Part shown: in pieces, positions 9,943 through 20,901 of the stretch | Numbering within the stretch: the stretch's first letter is position 1 | How the letters are laid out: the number at the start of each line of letters is the position of its first letter | Virus record (IMG/VR): IMGVR_UViG_3300003702_000496 | Span: 1 to 64,000 of that record | Origin: a virus | Strand: one strand, 5' to 3' | Length of the DNA: 64,000 nucleotides | Made by a program: the position numbers and the translations under genes | Notes under the pieces: model-generated | What the model was told of the DNA's origin: nothing | Databases searched by the model: none | What the model saw: only the letters and a program-made list of their open reading frames with translations

Positions 9943-12900
9943 TTATGTTCCTAGTGCTATAGCTCTAAATTCCTTTAGTCTGGGAGGTTCTGCACAGTTT
10001 GTTCCCTGCATAATAATCTTAATTTGAAAAGATATAAATTCTTCAAGCGGTGTTCCTATTCCATCATCGGTAAGTCCAGCTGTATATCTATATTCTTGAA
10101 AATCATTCAATTCAGCTGATGCTCCAACAGTAACATCAGGAGAACCATCGCTATTAAAATAAGTATATCCCAAATCATCAAAATCATCTGATGCATCTGC
10201 TCTTAAAATTTTATACAGAACTTTTATATCAGATGTGGAAGGTCGATGAGCGGCAAATACAATTTTCAATCCTGATGCTAATGTATCAAGAGTAACTTGT
10301 TTTGTTATATATATAGCCGCGTTGTTATCCCCTTCTGGTGATGTTGATGGAACAAAATTTGATGTAGGATATATATCAGAAGATGAATCAACATTATTAA
10401 GTCTGTTTGCCACTGTGATCATAGACATTCTTTGAGTATCAATAACAGGAGAGAGTCTTCCATTACCTGTTTGCATTGTAATTTGTAATTCAAATGATCT
10501 TTGAGAAGCTAATTCATTTGTTTCATTGATAGCAGAAGTTATCATATAAGGAACATCAAACTTATAATTATCGTTTAATGGTAATGAAATTGTAGGCACT
10601 GCTGTATCATCACGGGTATTAAGCCATGATGTTTGACTTCCAGACGGACTTGTTCCTCTAACTACCAACGCTCTTGCAGTTAAATAAGTATTTGGTAATT
10701 CCATCACTCCGATAATAGTTGAGAAAGTATCCATAAGAGCATTTTCAGTTGCGGTTACAGAACCTCCACCAACTTGAGCAGTATCACCGCTTCCTACAAC
10801 AGGAGTTGTAGAACAAGTGACGGTATAACCATGAATCATTGGATTAGCAATTGCAGTATGAGTTTTATTAATCTCTGTAAAAGGAACTTTATATACCTGA
10901 TAAAGTTCTACAGTTGAATCATCAGTATGAGCCACAGCTGTTGTACTATCCACAGCTCTTGTAAGGCCGGATACAGCATTAGTACTAATCGTAGTATATG
11001 TCATTATTTCATCATCAATTTTAATATACCAAGTTCCTGCTGCTAACTGAGCATATTTACCCGTAGTATCATCAAAGTCAATTCCACTTGTTAAAGTTAA
11101 TGAAGTTGCTGCAGCGGTTATCGCACCATCTAGAGTAGTTGTTGCACCAGATACAGCTCCAGCAATGGTTACATTATTATTTGTAGCATACATATGATGA
11201 TCACTATGAACAATTGCTATTGTAGTACTTGCATCAGTCATAAAAATTGGACCAGTTTGTAATTCTGCATCGGGAACGTCACTGTTTGTTAAAGTACAAA
11301 CACCAGTATGAGCAGTAAACTCTGCGGCTTTCATAGTAAATTTTAAATCTTCCAACGGACTTATTGCCCAACCTGTATTATTATTAGATTTAAACAAAGT
11401 GCCAATATGAGGTTGTTCTGATATAGTTCGCGTTCCATCTATATCAGTTTCACTCATTCTCGCAATCCAAATTTTATATTCTGGAGTTCTTGCATTTATA
11501 CTAAGAGCATATTCAGTTTCAGTTTCAATATATACTGGTGAAGAAAATGTAAATGTCGTTGCTGTAGCTGCAGTAGAAGAAACATTTATATCACCTGTTT
11601 GTTTAATGACTCGACCAAAAGGCACAAGTTTCGGGCCAGGATATCCATTCACAGTATTTCTTATTTCTACTGTTACAGGAAGAGTGTTATCTTTTGCAGA
11701 AAAATAAACATCAACTGATGTAAGAAATGCTCCGTTAGTACCGCCACGATTATCACCGTGAATTTTAAATGTTTGAGCAATTGGATCACCGAAACCGCCC
11801 ATTCCCGAACCTGGGCCCATGCCCTGGCTGCCACTGAAACCCACGCCGCCGATGCCGCCCATTGATGGCCCGGACGGTGCCGCCTGCCCGGAGTGGCCCC
11901 TGCCGCCGATATTGGAGAAGTATTGATTTGGACGCCCGGCAAATTTACCTGTGAATGGCCAGTTGCGAACGGCGGACGCACCAGCTGAAGCGGCGGCCGC
12001 TGGAGGCTTGGGAGGATTTTCATCATCCCAATTACCAGAAGCTGTACGAACATTATTTGAAGTAATTGAATTAAAAGAAGTAGTTTGATGCATACCTGTT
12101 CTTATAATTTCAGCATTTCTTGTTGCGATAATATCTTCTTGTTGTATTTCAAGAAGTCCATCAGCAGAGTACATTGTACTGCCTGCTGTTCCTACTTCAA
12201 AACCTGTAGAAACTGGGCCATTCCACTCACTAGAAGTAAGTCTAAATTCAATATTACCTGTTGGAAATTGAGGATTGCCAACAATCTTTGGGTCTGGTAT
12301 AGTAAATGTTCCTACAATTTGGCCGCTTCCAGTTGAAACCAAAGGACTGCCAAGAACAATTGTTGTAGCATTTGTATAATTTGTACTAGAAGGTGTACAG
12401 TATTTAGAAACAGATGAATTATGAAAAAATGCATATAGTAGTGTATTCGGTCTAAAATTTTCTCCAGTAAATGTTATTGTCTTTGCTCGTATCACTGGAA
12501 TTATGCTTCGAGATACAACTCTTAATCCTTGACTTTCTGTATCAATTCTAAGTAAAACTTGTGTATCAATACCAGTTCTAGCTTGATCAGTTCTAGTTGT
12601 TTGAATAGTTCTTGTTACATTAAATCTATCTGGGTCTGTTTGTGTTCCACCTTCTATCCAATTCTCTCTTTTTGTTTCTACAACTCCTGACCACACTGTT
12701 TGCCATGAATTCCAAATTGTTCCAAGATTATTTGCTTGTTGTGCTAAAACTGCATCATAATCCCCTTCTTCATTAATAACATTTACTTCAGGCATAACTT
12801 CTGTCTCAAACCACGAATCAGATGAAGGAGATAAAGTAATACTTCCAAGCCATTCACTTGTACTATAAGGATTAACTCTTTCTACTCTTGTTGCATAAGG

Positions 12901-15900
12901 TTGTTCCGTTACTGTTATCTCATCATAAGGAAGAGTAATTAAATCACCAGTTTTTTGATATCCAGCAGCAGTTCTATCCGTATCAGTTGAAACCTTTTCT
13001 TCTAAAGTTATTGCCTTGGTTTTATGTTGTGGTCGGAGATGACCAAGTTCAAAATCCATTGCATTTCTATAGTCTCTATGAGCAGTATCACCAATACGAT
13101 GACCTTTAAAATTATCAACCACAAAACCAGATTTAAATCTATTAAGTCCATTTGCATCAGTTATTTCAAAACTTTCAGCATCTCTCTCTAATAAATTTAA
13201 TGCAGTATAATATTCAACATGATCTAGTCTTCTTGCAAGTTTACCAATATCTTTCATGGTAAATCTTTGATGCTTTTCTCTTCTTACCGTGACATCTCTC
13301 GGATGAAAGGTATATGCCGGAAGATACATAGTAGCAATTAACATTGTATCTTCTGGTACTTTAGGCAACAATGGATTCTCAGCGCCTGCGCCATTTACCG
13401 TAATAAAATTTCCTCTTCCATCCATAGCTAATGATGCAAATTGAGGAAGATAATATTCAAAATCACTTTGAACAAAAGAGCCTGGTTTTGGAAAATCAAC
13501 AGTAGTACCGCCAGTTCCTTCAAATGTTCTAGTATAGAAATTGAAAGAGTTTCCTGTTACTTCATCCACTATAGCTAAATCGGAAGATGTTCCAGCAATA
13601 TCATCAACTCTAGGTCTAAAATCATAACAACTATAAAGAGGAAATTTGCCGCTTGGTCTAGCATCAGTTGGATCAATTTTCGTTGCATTATATACTGGAA
13701 TATCATTATATTCCATTTGTTTAGCAATATCACTGTAAGAATCAACTGTGAACATATCTCCAGCACCATGCTCAAGATAGTCATATATAACAAGAAGTTT
13801 TCCTATAGGAGCAGGCGATCCTTTTCTTCTTATAATTCTTGCAATATCATAAAAATTATCACGCTGGCCTGTATCAAGAAGATATGTTTCTGTAAGAACC
13901 GTATCGCCAGTTGTTATCGCTGATATTGTAGCGCCTGCACTAGAACTTTCTCCTGTAATTTTTTCGCCTATAATAAAAGTCTTAATTGTACCTATTTGAA
14001 GTATATAACTAATTGGACTTGAAGTCGTGATAATTCTACCCGTTGCACCAGAACTTTTTCCTGTAATTTTTTCGCCTCTAACAAATGTTCCTGTAATTGT
14101 TCCAACCGTTAAAGTAGGAGCAACGGCATCCGTAGATGTATCTAGTGAATCATAAACACCAACCAATTTAAATGCATCTCCACGACCAAGAGAAATTTCT
14201 CTATCAGTTGGTCGTGTTCCATACGCATCAGTTGTACCTGTTGAAACTTTAAGTTGTTTCATAAGTTTTGTGGTTTTTAATTTCGGATTTACAGATGTTT
14301 TAAGAATAGTTGCCGTAAGTTTTACTTTTGCAGCATTACCTAAAATAGTAGAATCAGTAATTGTAATTGTAGTTGTTCCAGTTCCACTTAACGTCGAAGA
14401 AACACTGGCAAGATCGCCTTGAGAACCCGTGCCGCCTCCGGCGGTGAGAATTGACATGACATAATCTTTTTCTGCATGAGAAACAAATGTTTCATTTGAA
14501 CTCGCACTAAATGATACTACGCCAGAAGAATTTGTAGTTCCAATAAATTGTCTACGAACAGTAAATTGTGTATCTGTTGTCCCAGAATTAGTCTCTGTCA
14601 AAAGTGTCTTAATAACCTGTTTTGGAAGTTTCTCTAATCCATTATTTTGATCAGGATTAACAAGTCTTGGAAGCAAATCAGTTTCTAATTCAACAGTGCC
14701 AGAAGGATCAGCATCACCCGTATCAAAACTAAACTGATTATCAACATTTGCACCACCAGCATCTGTGCCATCTAATGTTAAATTATTTAATTGACTTGCT
14801 CTATTTTGACGAACATCTAATACCAAATCAGCTGTAAAGTTCTGCCCAGTATCACTATCTACCATCGTCATAGAACGAACCTGTTCAAAGGTATGAGTCC
14901 GATCTGCATCTGAACCTGAAGTTGCATCCATAGTAAGATCAACATTGGATGAATCTTCTACAATTCCACCAGTTTCAACTGAATCGGAAGCTGTAAAAGT
15001 TTCACCATTATTAAAACTTCCAGAAGTTTTAATAAGAACCAATCGAGTTCCAGTTGTTGTTGCAATACTATTAACAACAAATCCAGTTGCACCAGAATCA
15101 GAACCAGTGATTTTTACCCCGCCGTTTGACCAATTTGCAAGGAGTGTAGGACTTGGAGTGCCACTAAGCGTAATATAGGTAAACATTCTTATATCAAAAA
15201 GATACATCTTATACTTCGCGTCATTAGTTCCAACAGTTCCAGAATCATATTCTATCGCTCTTGCACGACATTGACCAATGGGATATTGAGTGTTAGCAGA
15301 ATTTGTAAGAACAGGAATACTACCTCTAGTAGTCGTAAAATGGTCATATAAACTTATAGTTTTATAAGCAGTTGTTTCACCCGAAATAGATGAAATATCA
15401 GGACTTCCATACACATTATTAATAAGTGTATAGTTGCCTATATTAAATGTTGTAATACCAGCATTTACTGTTTCAAAACTTCTTGCTTTACTTACATCTT
15501 TATAAGAATGAGAAAGTTTTTCAATTTCATAACCTCTAACATATGCTTTACCTGTTCCCAATTCAAGTGTTAACAAATCAGAACTCGCTGTATTATTATC
15601 AGCTGTTATATCGCCAACGGGAAATGCACCAATTTCTTCATTTACTGTTACAGTTTCTCTTACCTTAATATTAAAAGGACGAACAGTGTAATCACCAGAC
15701 TCATCAAAAGTTCTTCGAGCTAAAGTTTGTTCTAGTATATTATACTCTGTTTTATTTACTATACTTTCAATCTCACCATTTCGCGTTGTCATCAATTCAA
15801 TAAAAGAACTATCCTCAGAGGAACTTCTAGCAAGTTTAGAAAGTGTTAAAGTATATTTAAGACGATGCGCTCCCTTTGCAGCATAGTTTGTTGATCCTGT

Positions 15901-16665
15901 TGCATTATCCAAAAGACTTGTATCTAATTCTGGCGTAGTTAAAGTTTCTGTTACTGCAAATCCAACACGATAACTAGGAATATTAGAATATTTGTCAAGA
16001 ATAAAAGTTTCTTCCTCACATTCTACAAAGAACCCACGAATAAAATACAACCCAGCTTGTATAATTACTACTGATCCTACGGTTGCTGCTGGACCCGTAG
16101 AACTATAAAGTTGATCAAGCGTAGCACCGCCAGCTGCACTATATACAGAAGTATAAGTTGTCGCAGATGCAACATCAGAGGAATATGCTGTTGTATGTGT
16201 GACTCCTGCGCTGGAAGATATATTTTCTCCATCTGCAAATTTTGAGGTAACAGTATCTGTACCACTTTTAACATATCTCAAATATAATGTAGGTTGGTCT
16301 GTAGTGGTTGAAACATCATAACCAACAACAACAGCAGTAACACCAGTAGTAGCACCTGTAATTGTAACAGGAGATGTAGTACTATAATATTGAGAAGGAT
16401 CAATTGTCTCTCCAGAAAAGGTAGATGTTAATTTAAGAGAATTATACCTTGTATTAAGCGCGATTTGCCCAGGAATAATCATCGCACCTTCTTTAAACAT
16501 ATGAGTGCCATGCGCTTCAATTTGTGATTGAAGTTGAGATTGTAACTGCGTTAATTCTCTTGCCTGAATTGCAAAGCCCGGCCGGAAAAGAGTTTTAACA
16601 AAATTATCTGAACTACTGTAGTCATCATAATAAGGTGCTACATTAAGGTCTGTTTTTTGAGACAT
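9943..16665 (-). CDS. Giant virion structural protein, VrlC-like (DUF4815-type)
   Basis: LNVAPYYDD, QARELTQLQ, LARRTFDESGDY, RFKSGFVVDNF, DPIAQTF motifs; 2240 aa. Confidence 0.9.
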   Translation of the reverse strand: MSQKTDLNVAPYYDDYSSSDNFVKTLFRPGFAIQARELTQLQSQLQSQIEAHGTHMFKEGAMIIPGQIALNTRYNSLKLTSTFSGETIDPSQYYSTTSPVTITGATTGVTAVVVGYDVSTTTDQPTLYLRYVKSGTDTVTSKFADGENISSSAGVTHTTAYSSDVASATTYTSVYSAAGGATLDQLYSSTGPAATVGSVVIIQAGLYFIRGFFVECEEETFILDKYSNIPSYRVGFAVTETLTTPELDTSLLDNATGSTNYAAKGAHRLKYTLTLSKLARSSSEDSSFIELMTTRNGEIESIVNKTEYNILEQTLARRTFDESGDYTVRPFNIKVRETVTVNEEIGAFPVGDITADNNTASSDLLTLELGTGKAYVRGYEIEKLSHSYKDVSKARSFETVNAGITTFNIGNYTLINNVYGSPDISSISGETTAYKTISLYDHFTTTRGSIPVLTNSANTQYPIGQCRARAIEYDSGTVGTNDAKYKMYLFDIRMFTYITLSGTPSPTLLANWSNGGVKITGSDSGATGFVVNSIATTTGTRLVLIKTSGSFNNGETFTASDSVETGGIVEDSSNVDLTMDATSGSDADRTHTFEQVRSMTMVDSDTGQNFTADLVLDVRQNRASQLNNLTLDGTDAGGANVDNQFSFDTGDADPSGTVELETDLLPRLVNPDQNNGLEKLPKQVIKTLLTETNSGTTDTQFTVRRQFIGTTNSSGVVSFSASSNETFVSHAEKDYVMSILTAGGGTGSQGDLASVSSTLSGTGTTTITITDSTILGNAAKVKLTATILKTSVNPKLKTTKLMKQLKVSTGTTDAYGTRPTDREISLGRGDAFKLVGVYDSLDTSTDAVAPTLTVGTITGTFVRGEKITGKSSGATGRIITTSSPISYILQIGTIKTFIIGEKITGESSSAGATISAITTGDTVLTETYLLDTGQRDNFYDIARIIRRKGSPAPIGKLLVIYDYLEHGAGDMFTVDSYSDIAKQMEYNDIPVYNATKIDPTDARPSGKFPLYSCYDFRPRVDDIAGTSSDLAIVDEVTGNSFNFYTRTFEGTGGTTVDFPKPGSFVQSDFEYYLPQFASLAMDGRGNFITVNGAGAENPLLPKVPEDTMLIATMYLPAYTFHPRDVTVRREKHQRFTMKDIGKLARRLDHVEYYTALNLLERDAESFEITDANGLNRFKSGFVVDNFKGHRIGDTAHRDYRNAMDFELGHLRPQHKTKAITLEEKVSTDTDRTAAGYQKTGDLITLPYDEITVTEQPYATRVERVNPYSTSEWLGSITLSPSSDSWFETEVMPEVNVINEEGDYDAVLAQQANNLGTIWNSWQTVWSGVVETKRENWIEGGTQTDPDRFNVTRTIQTTRTDQARTGIDTQVLLRIDTESQGLRVVSRSIIPVIRAKTITFTGENFRPNTLLYAFFHNSSVSKYCTPSSTNYTNATTIVLGSPLVSTGSGQIVGTFTIPDPKIVGNPQFPTGNIEFRLTSSEWNGPVSTGFEVGTAGSTMYSADGLLEIQQEDIIATRNAEIIRTGMHQTTSFNSITSNNVRTASGNWDDENPPKPPAAAASAGASAVRNWPFTGKFAGRPNQYFSNIGGRGHSGQAAPSGPSMGGIGGVGFSGSQGMGPGSGMGGFGDPIAQTFKIHGDNRGGTNGAFLTSVDVYFSAKDNTLPVTVEIRNTVNGYPGPKLVPFGRVIKQTGDINVSSTAATATTFTFSSPVYIETETEYALSINARTPEYKIWIARMSETDIDGTRTISEQPHIGTLFKSNNNTGWAISPLEDLKFTMKAAEFTAHTGVCTLTNSDVPDAELQTGPIFMTDASTTIAIVHSDHHMYATNNNVTIAGAVSGATTTLDGAITAAATSLTLTSGIDFDDTTGKYAQLAAGTWYIKIDDEIMTYTTISTNAVSGLTRAVDSTTAVAHTDDSTVELYQVYKVPFTEINKTHTAIANPMIHGYTVTCSTTPVVGSGDTAQVGGGSVTATENALMDTFSTIIGVMELPNTYLTARALVVRGTSPSGSQTSWLNTRDDTAVPTISLPLNDNYKFDVPYMITSAINETNELASQRSFELQITMQTGNGRLSPVIDTQRMSMITVANRLNNVDSSSDIYPTSNFVPSTSPEGDNNAAIYITKQVTLDTLASGLKIVFAAHRPSTSDIKVLYKILRADASDDFDDLGYTYFNSDGSPDVTVGASAELNDFQEYRYTAGLTDDGIGTPLEEFISFQIKIIMQGTNCAEPPRLKEFRAIALGT

Positions 16666-16693
16666 ATTTTAAAATTCCACTTTAATTTTAATT

Positions 16694-18193
16694 TTAAAAT
16701 TCCACTATAATTTTAATATCTTCTGTTTGATCCGTAGCTCTACTAATAGGTTTTCTATTTTCCTGATAAATTATATTTCCACTGTCAGCTTGAAGTTCGG
16801 GATTTGCATAACCATCCGTAAATGTAATCGTATTACTATTTGCAAGAGTTACCGCTGTATCTGCCGTTGCATCAGGTGTTCCAACTGCTGAGGAATTTGC
16901 ACCTGTAACCACATTTGCGCCTGAGAAAGCAACTAATGCACCTGTGGTACTGGTGGTTCCATAATCTGCATATCTTTCTTGTTGATAATAAAGAATAGAA
17001 AGAGTGCTATCCCACTCAACTACTTTACCAACTGCACCAATAGTTGTTTGTGTTATTTTTTCATCAGCAGTAAATGTCCCAGAAGTAGAAGTAAGTTTTA
17101 ATGCATATACTTGACGATATGTTGTTGCTGATGCAACTGTAGAAGTTCCATAAGTGGTTGGATCAGTAATAAGAGCAATATTTCTAAAATCATTTCCAGC
17201 TAAAATATCATCAGCTTCCGCACCAGTAAGCGTTGCTCTCATCATTACATAATGACCACCCAATTCATTAACTGCATCATTTCCATGTCCTTCTTTTGGA
17301 CTAATCACAACACTTACTACACCACCAGAACCACTTCCCATTGAAGATGCAGATGTAAGAGCTGCATCAGAAAAAGTATAACTTGATCCAAGATTTACTG
17401 TTCCATATGTGTATGCAGCACCGCCATCATACACAGTTGTATCCGTTCCAGAAGTTAGTCCAAATGATTGAATTTGTCCACTACTAACAACTATACTTAC
17501 AATTGCACCAGAAGATGTTCCTTGACTAGTACCGTCACCATATACTGCTGCATAATAAGTTCCATTTGTATATCCAGAACCAGCAGTTATAACCAAACTT
17601 TCAAATTTACCATCCGTGGTTGCAGCACTTACCGTACTGTCAGTTGCTACTGGCATAAAATCAGCAGTAAGGTATTTTGTTGCATTAGATGCAGTAATGG
17701 TGTACATATATTTAAGTGTATATCCACCAAGAGCAAACAAAGAGGTTGATTCAGAAGAAGGTTCTGAACCAGAATAAGCAGCTCCACTATTATTGTCTAA
17801 AACTTTATAGACTCTGTTGTCAGAAGTCCTAAAGAAAAAAGTAGATTGATACAAATTTGATGCACCAGATGTTGTTGTATTCGATGAACTAATATTATGT
17901 TCGTACATATCGTATGTTGTACTATTTGCCCAATCTCTACGAGGAATAGCATATTCAACATCTGAAGAAGAAATATTTTTCAGAGCAGTTGTATGATCCC
18001 AAGTATAAAATTCAGTAGAGACATCATCAGCAGGAGTAGGTGGTGAATCATCTGAACCACCAGAAGTTCCTGATGTAAAGGGAGCAGATTTTCCAATCAT
18101 TAGATAATAGACATTTGCTGACGCTTCACTAAATGACTCGTAGAATTGAGTAGCATTGTGTTTTCTAAATTTCTCTGTTATGATTGCTGCCAT
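16694..18193 (-). CDS. gp8: Baseplate wedge subunit
   Basis: MAAIITEKFR, VYKVLDNN, LKYMYTI, NDFR, ENRKPISRATDQTEDIKIIVEF. Confidence 0.92.
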   Translation of the reverse strand: MAAIITEKFRKHNATQFYESFSEASANVYYLMIGKSAPFTSGTSGGSDDSPPTPADDVSTEFYTWDHTTALKNISSSDVEYAIPRRDWANSTTYDMYEHNISSSNTTTSGASNLYQSTFFFRTSDNRVYKVLDNNSGAAYSGSEPSSESTSLFALGGYTLKYMYTITASNATKYLTADFMPVATDSTVSAATTDGKFESLVITAGSGYTNGTYYAAVYGDGTSQGTSSGAIVSIVVSSGQIQSFGLTSGTDTTVYDGGAAYTYGTVNLGSSYTFSDAALTSASSMGSGSGGVVSVVISPKEGHGNDAVNELGGHYVMMRATLTGAEADDILAGNDFRNIALITDPTTYGTSTVASATTYRQVYALKLTSTSGTFTADEKITQTTIGAVGKVVEWDSTLSILYYQQERYADYGTTSTTGALVAFSGANVVTGANSSAVGTPDATADTAVTLANSNTITFTDGYANPELQADSGNIIYQENRKPISRATDQTEDIKIIVEF

Positions 18194-18209
18194 GTTTATA
18201 TCCTAATGT

Positions 18210-18217
18210 TATTTATA
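18210..18217 (-). promoter_or_regulatory. T4-type late promoter for gp8
   Basis: Exact TATAAATA upstream of gp8. Confidence 0.8.
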
Positions 18218-18261
18218 ACCAATTTTTTATAATATAACTATTTATTACCAACTTTTAGTTT

Positions 18262-19161
18262 CTATACTGCTGCTGCGTTGCTGGGGAAAGACCTACCCGC
18301 TCCCCAAATAATACGAATTGCACCTGAGCCCCCCGCGCCTGAACCTAAGCTTTGTCGATCCCACTCGGCGGCACCGCCACCGCCGTAATCACCTCCGTCA
18401 CCACCCCCGTAGTAGTTGTTGTACGCCGAGGGTGTGTTGTCGCCCGCAGTGCCGGTGCTATTGCCCGACGTACCGGGCTGTCCGTTCGTGCCGCCGGAGC
18501 CACCGCGGCCGCCGCGGTCGGCGTTAGCCGAGGAAGACGGGCGGGCACCTGTCGCGCCAATTCCGAAAAGCCCGACGCCGCCGCCGCCGGCGGGGGGCAC
18601 TGTTTGAGTGCCAGCGTAACCCGCGCTTGCGGCTCCGCTGTCGGGGTCCGCTGGACCGTCGCCGGTCGTGGGCGGCGGTTGGTTACCTGTCCCATACCCT
18701 TGCCCGCCGTCGCCCGCGTATCCGCCAGCCCCAGAGCCCGCGGCTCCATAGTTGCCGTCGCCTGTTCTGTGTGCGCCGCCGGAGCCACCTAATGTCGTTA
18801 GTGCGCTCCCGTTAAACGTAGGTGTCAATCCAACCACGACTGCTATGCTTGAACTCGGTGTTACCGTTATGTTGTTTTGATACCTTAAATCTCCACCTTT
18901 GCCCCCGCCATGATCTGTACCAGAACCCCCCGTAGACACCAATGGCGTTTCACCTTCCTGTATGGAAACAACGTGGACGGATGTGACACCCGCTGGGACA
19001 ACCCAAGTATATGACCCAGCAGAAGTGTACGACTGTTCGCCAATGACGTCGCCAACAAATTCCAAAGTCGTTATTTTCTCTATATTGTCATCGGTTAGGG
19101 TATTAACCTTTTCGATGTCAAGTATAGCAATGGTGTTTAATTTTTCAACTGCATTTGCCAT
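18262..19161 (-). CDS. Glycine-rich tail fibre tip / adhesin-like protein
   Basis: WVVPAGVTSVHVV...GAIRIIWG glycine-rich domain; strongly GC-rich relative to the genome. Confidence 0.75.
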   Translation of the reverse strand: MANAVEKLNTIAILDIEKVNTLTDDNIEKITTLEFVGDVIGEQSYTSAGSYTWVVPAGVTSVHVVSIQEGETPLVSTGGSGTDHGGGKGGDLRYQNNITVTPSSSIAVVVGLTPTFNGSALTTLGGSGGAHRTGDGNYGAAGSGAGGYAGDGGQGYGTGNQPPPTTGDGPADPDSGAASAGYAGTQTVPPAGGGGVGLFGIGATGARPSSSANADRGGRGGSGGTNGQPGTSGNSTGTAGDNTPSAYNNYYGGGDGGDYGGGGAAEWDRQSLGSGAGGSGAIRIIWGAGRSFPSNAAAV

Positions 19162-20444
19162 TATGCGTGCTCGATCACATCCATACTTGGATTTATGTAA
19201 ACAACATCAGGAGAAAGTGCGACACCAACAACCAAAACAAATGCACCGTCCGTACTTGGTGCTGTATGCGTCATAGCGCCTGCCGTTTCTGATAGATAAA
19301 GAGTAGACCCCGCAGTCCATGCCCAAGTATCGTCACGAATAAAACCGTGAAGCAATATTGTTCCCGTCGCTGTATCGCTAATTGCGGCAGGCGCAATGCC
19401 TATTACTCTAGCAGTAGCATATGCACTCGCATCTGCCTCAACCACCTCTTGTGTGACCGTGTGAACGCAAACCAAATCAAACGCTGATATTGCCCCACCA
19501 GCCAACATTTGCGCTGATAGTCCTGTATAGGTATGGTCTGCTCCTGCGAGCAACGGGGTTGACATGTCAATAGTGCTTGCATCTGAAAGACGCAAGATTG
19601 ACGTTCCTGTAGGAATTTGAAAAACAGTTGTATCCGCATCGTTCTTAACGGTTACATCATTTGTTGAACCCTGCCCTGTGAGGATAAGACCTTCAGCGGC
19701 AGTATAGCCCATCGTCGCATTGTCGCCAGCCGACGTATCCCCGTCTGCATTTACGGTAGAAGCTGTTACATCCCCAACAATATCAACATTGGTAGTTCCT
19801 GTCGCTACCGTTAAAACATCCGCATCTGCGTCGTTTTTAATAGTTACGTCATTGGTGGAGCCTTGACCAGTGAGGATCAGTCCTTCGGCAGCGGTATAGC
19901 CTATCGCAGAATTATCCCCCGCGGCCGTATCTCCAGCAGGCTCCACTGTACCTGTAGCAGTAACATTCCCAGTTACAGCCATTGCTGTTGCTTCAATAAA
20001 AGTTTTAATACGAGATGCAGCAGTTTTTCTATTAGTACCGCCAGCTCCATCATCTACAATAAACAAGTCAGCGGCAACAACAGCAGCACCAATATCGGTT
20101 CCACCATCAATGTCTAAATCATCAATATCACCATCATATGTAGAAGCGGCATAAGTTTTAAGACGAGAAGCAGTAACCTTTCTATTAGTTCCACCAGCAC
20201 CATCATCAATAATGAATAGATCAGCGTCAACAATAGCAGCACCTATATCTGTGCCACCATCAATATCTAATTCGGCAATAGCGACAGTTCCATCTGCTAA
20301 AGCTGTAGTTCCTGTAACATTTAATGCTCCAGCAACCGTTAATGTCACACCACTTGGAACAGTAAAAGTATCACCAGAATCCCCAATGGTCGTCTCATTT
20401 CCGACGCCGGCCGGTGAGATTTTATCTACTTTTAATTCACTCAT
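19161..20444 (-). CDS. Tail fibre protein
   Basis: MSELKVDKISP N-terminus; two DIDGGTDIG..DDGAGGTNRK repeats; two YTAAEGLILTGQGSTNDVT repeats. Confidence 0.8.
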   Translation of the reverse strand: MSELKVDKISPAGVGNETTIGDSGDTFTVPSGVTLTVAGALNVTGTTALADGTVAIAELDIDGGTDIGAAIVDADLFIIDDGAGGTNRKVTASRLKTYAASTYDGDIDDLDIDGGTDIGAAVVAADLFIVDDGAGGTNRKTAASRIKTFIEATAMAVTGNVTATGTVEPAGDTAAGDNSAIGYTAAEGLILTGQGSTNDVTIKNDADADVLTVATGTTNVDIVGDVTASTVNADGDTSAGDNATMGYTAAEGLILTGQGSTNDVTVKNDADTTVFQIPTGTSILRLSDASTIDMSTPLLAGADHTYTGLSAQMLAGGAISAFDLVCVHTVTQEVVEADASAYATARVIGIAPAAISDTATGTILLHGFIRDDTWAWTAGSTLYLSETAGAMTHTAPSTDGAFVLVVGVALSPDVVYINPSMDVIEHA

Positions 20445-20481
20445 GGTTTAATATCTCCTATTTACTATTTATTACCAACGA

Positions 20482-20901
20482 TTAGTCCCATAGGTCTTTT
20501 CCCGGAGGAGGTGCCGTTGGCCAAATTATGTCAGTGTCGTCTTCAGCGTTTCCGGCTGCATTTAAACAGTCTGGATAACCCGCCGGAATATCGCGCAGCG
20601 CTTGGCGGTAAACGGCCCACTCCGTTTTCTTTTCTTCGCTTAATTTAGCGTCTATATTCTGCGTCCAATCAGAACTGACCAATTTACGATTTCGCAGAAT
20701 ACGAACTTGGTCATTAGTGTATACGATGGGCGCTGGAGCGCTAAAGTTTGACCCATCCCAATCAAAGCCAAAAGCGGCCGCGTTGCTTGGGTCTTGCACC
20801 ATTGTTGCGACTAATTCAGCAGTGAACATCTCATTGATGTCTTGATCTCCAGCATCAATAACTTCCATTACCTTGTTATCTTCTATTCTAGCGTAGCGCA
20901 T
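20482..20901 (-). CDS. Tail fibre assembly chaperone-like protein
   Basis: RN.KL..SDWTQ...W..YRQALRDIP...WPTAP signature. Confidence 0.85.
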   Translation of the reverse strand: MRYARIEDNKVMEVIDAGDQDINEMFTAELVATMVQDPSNAAAFGFDWDGSNFSAPAPIVYTNDQVRILRNRKLVSSDWTQNIDAKLSEEKKTEWAVYRQALRDIPAGYPDCLNAAGNAEDDTDIIWPTAPPPGKDLWD

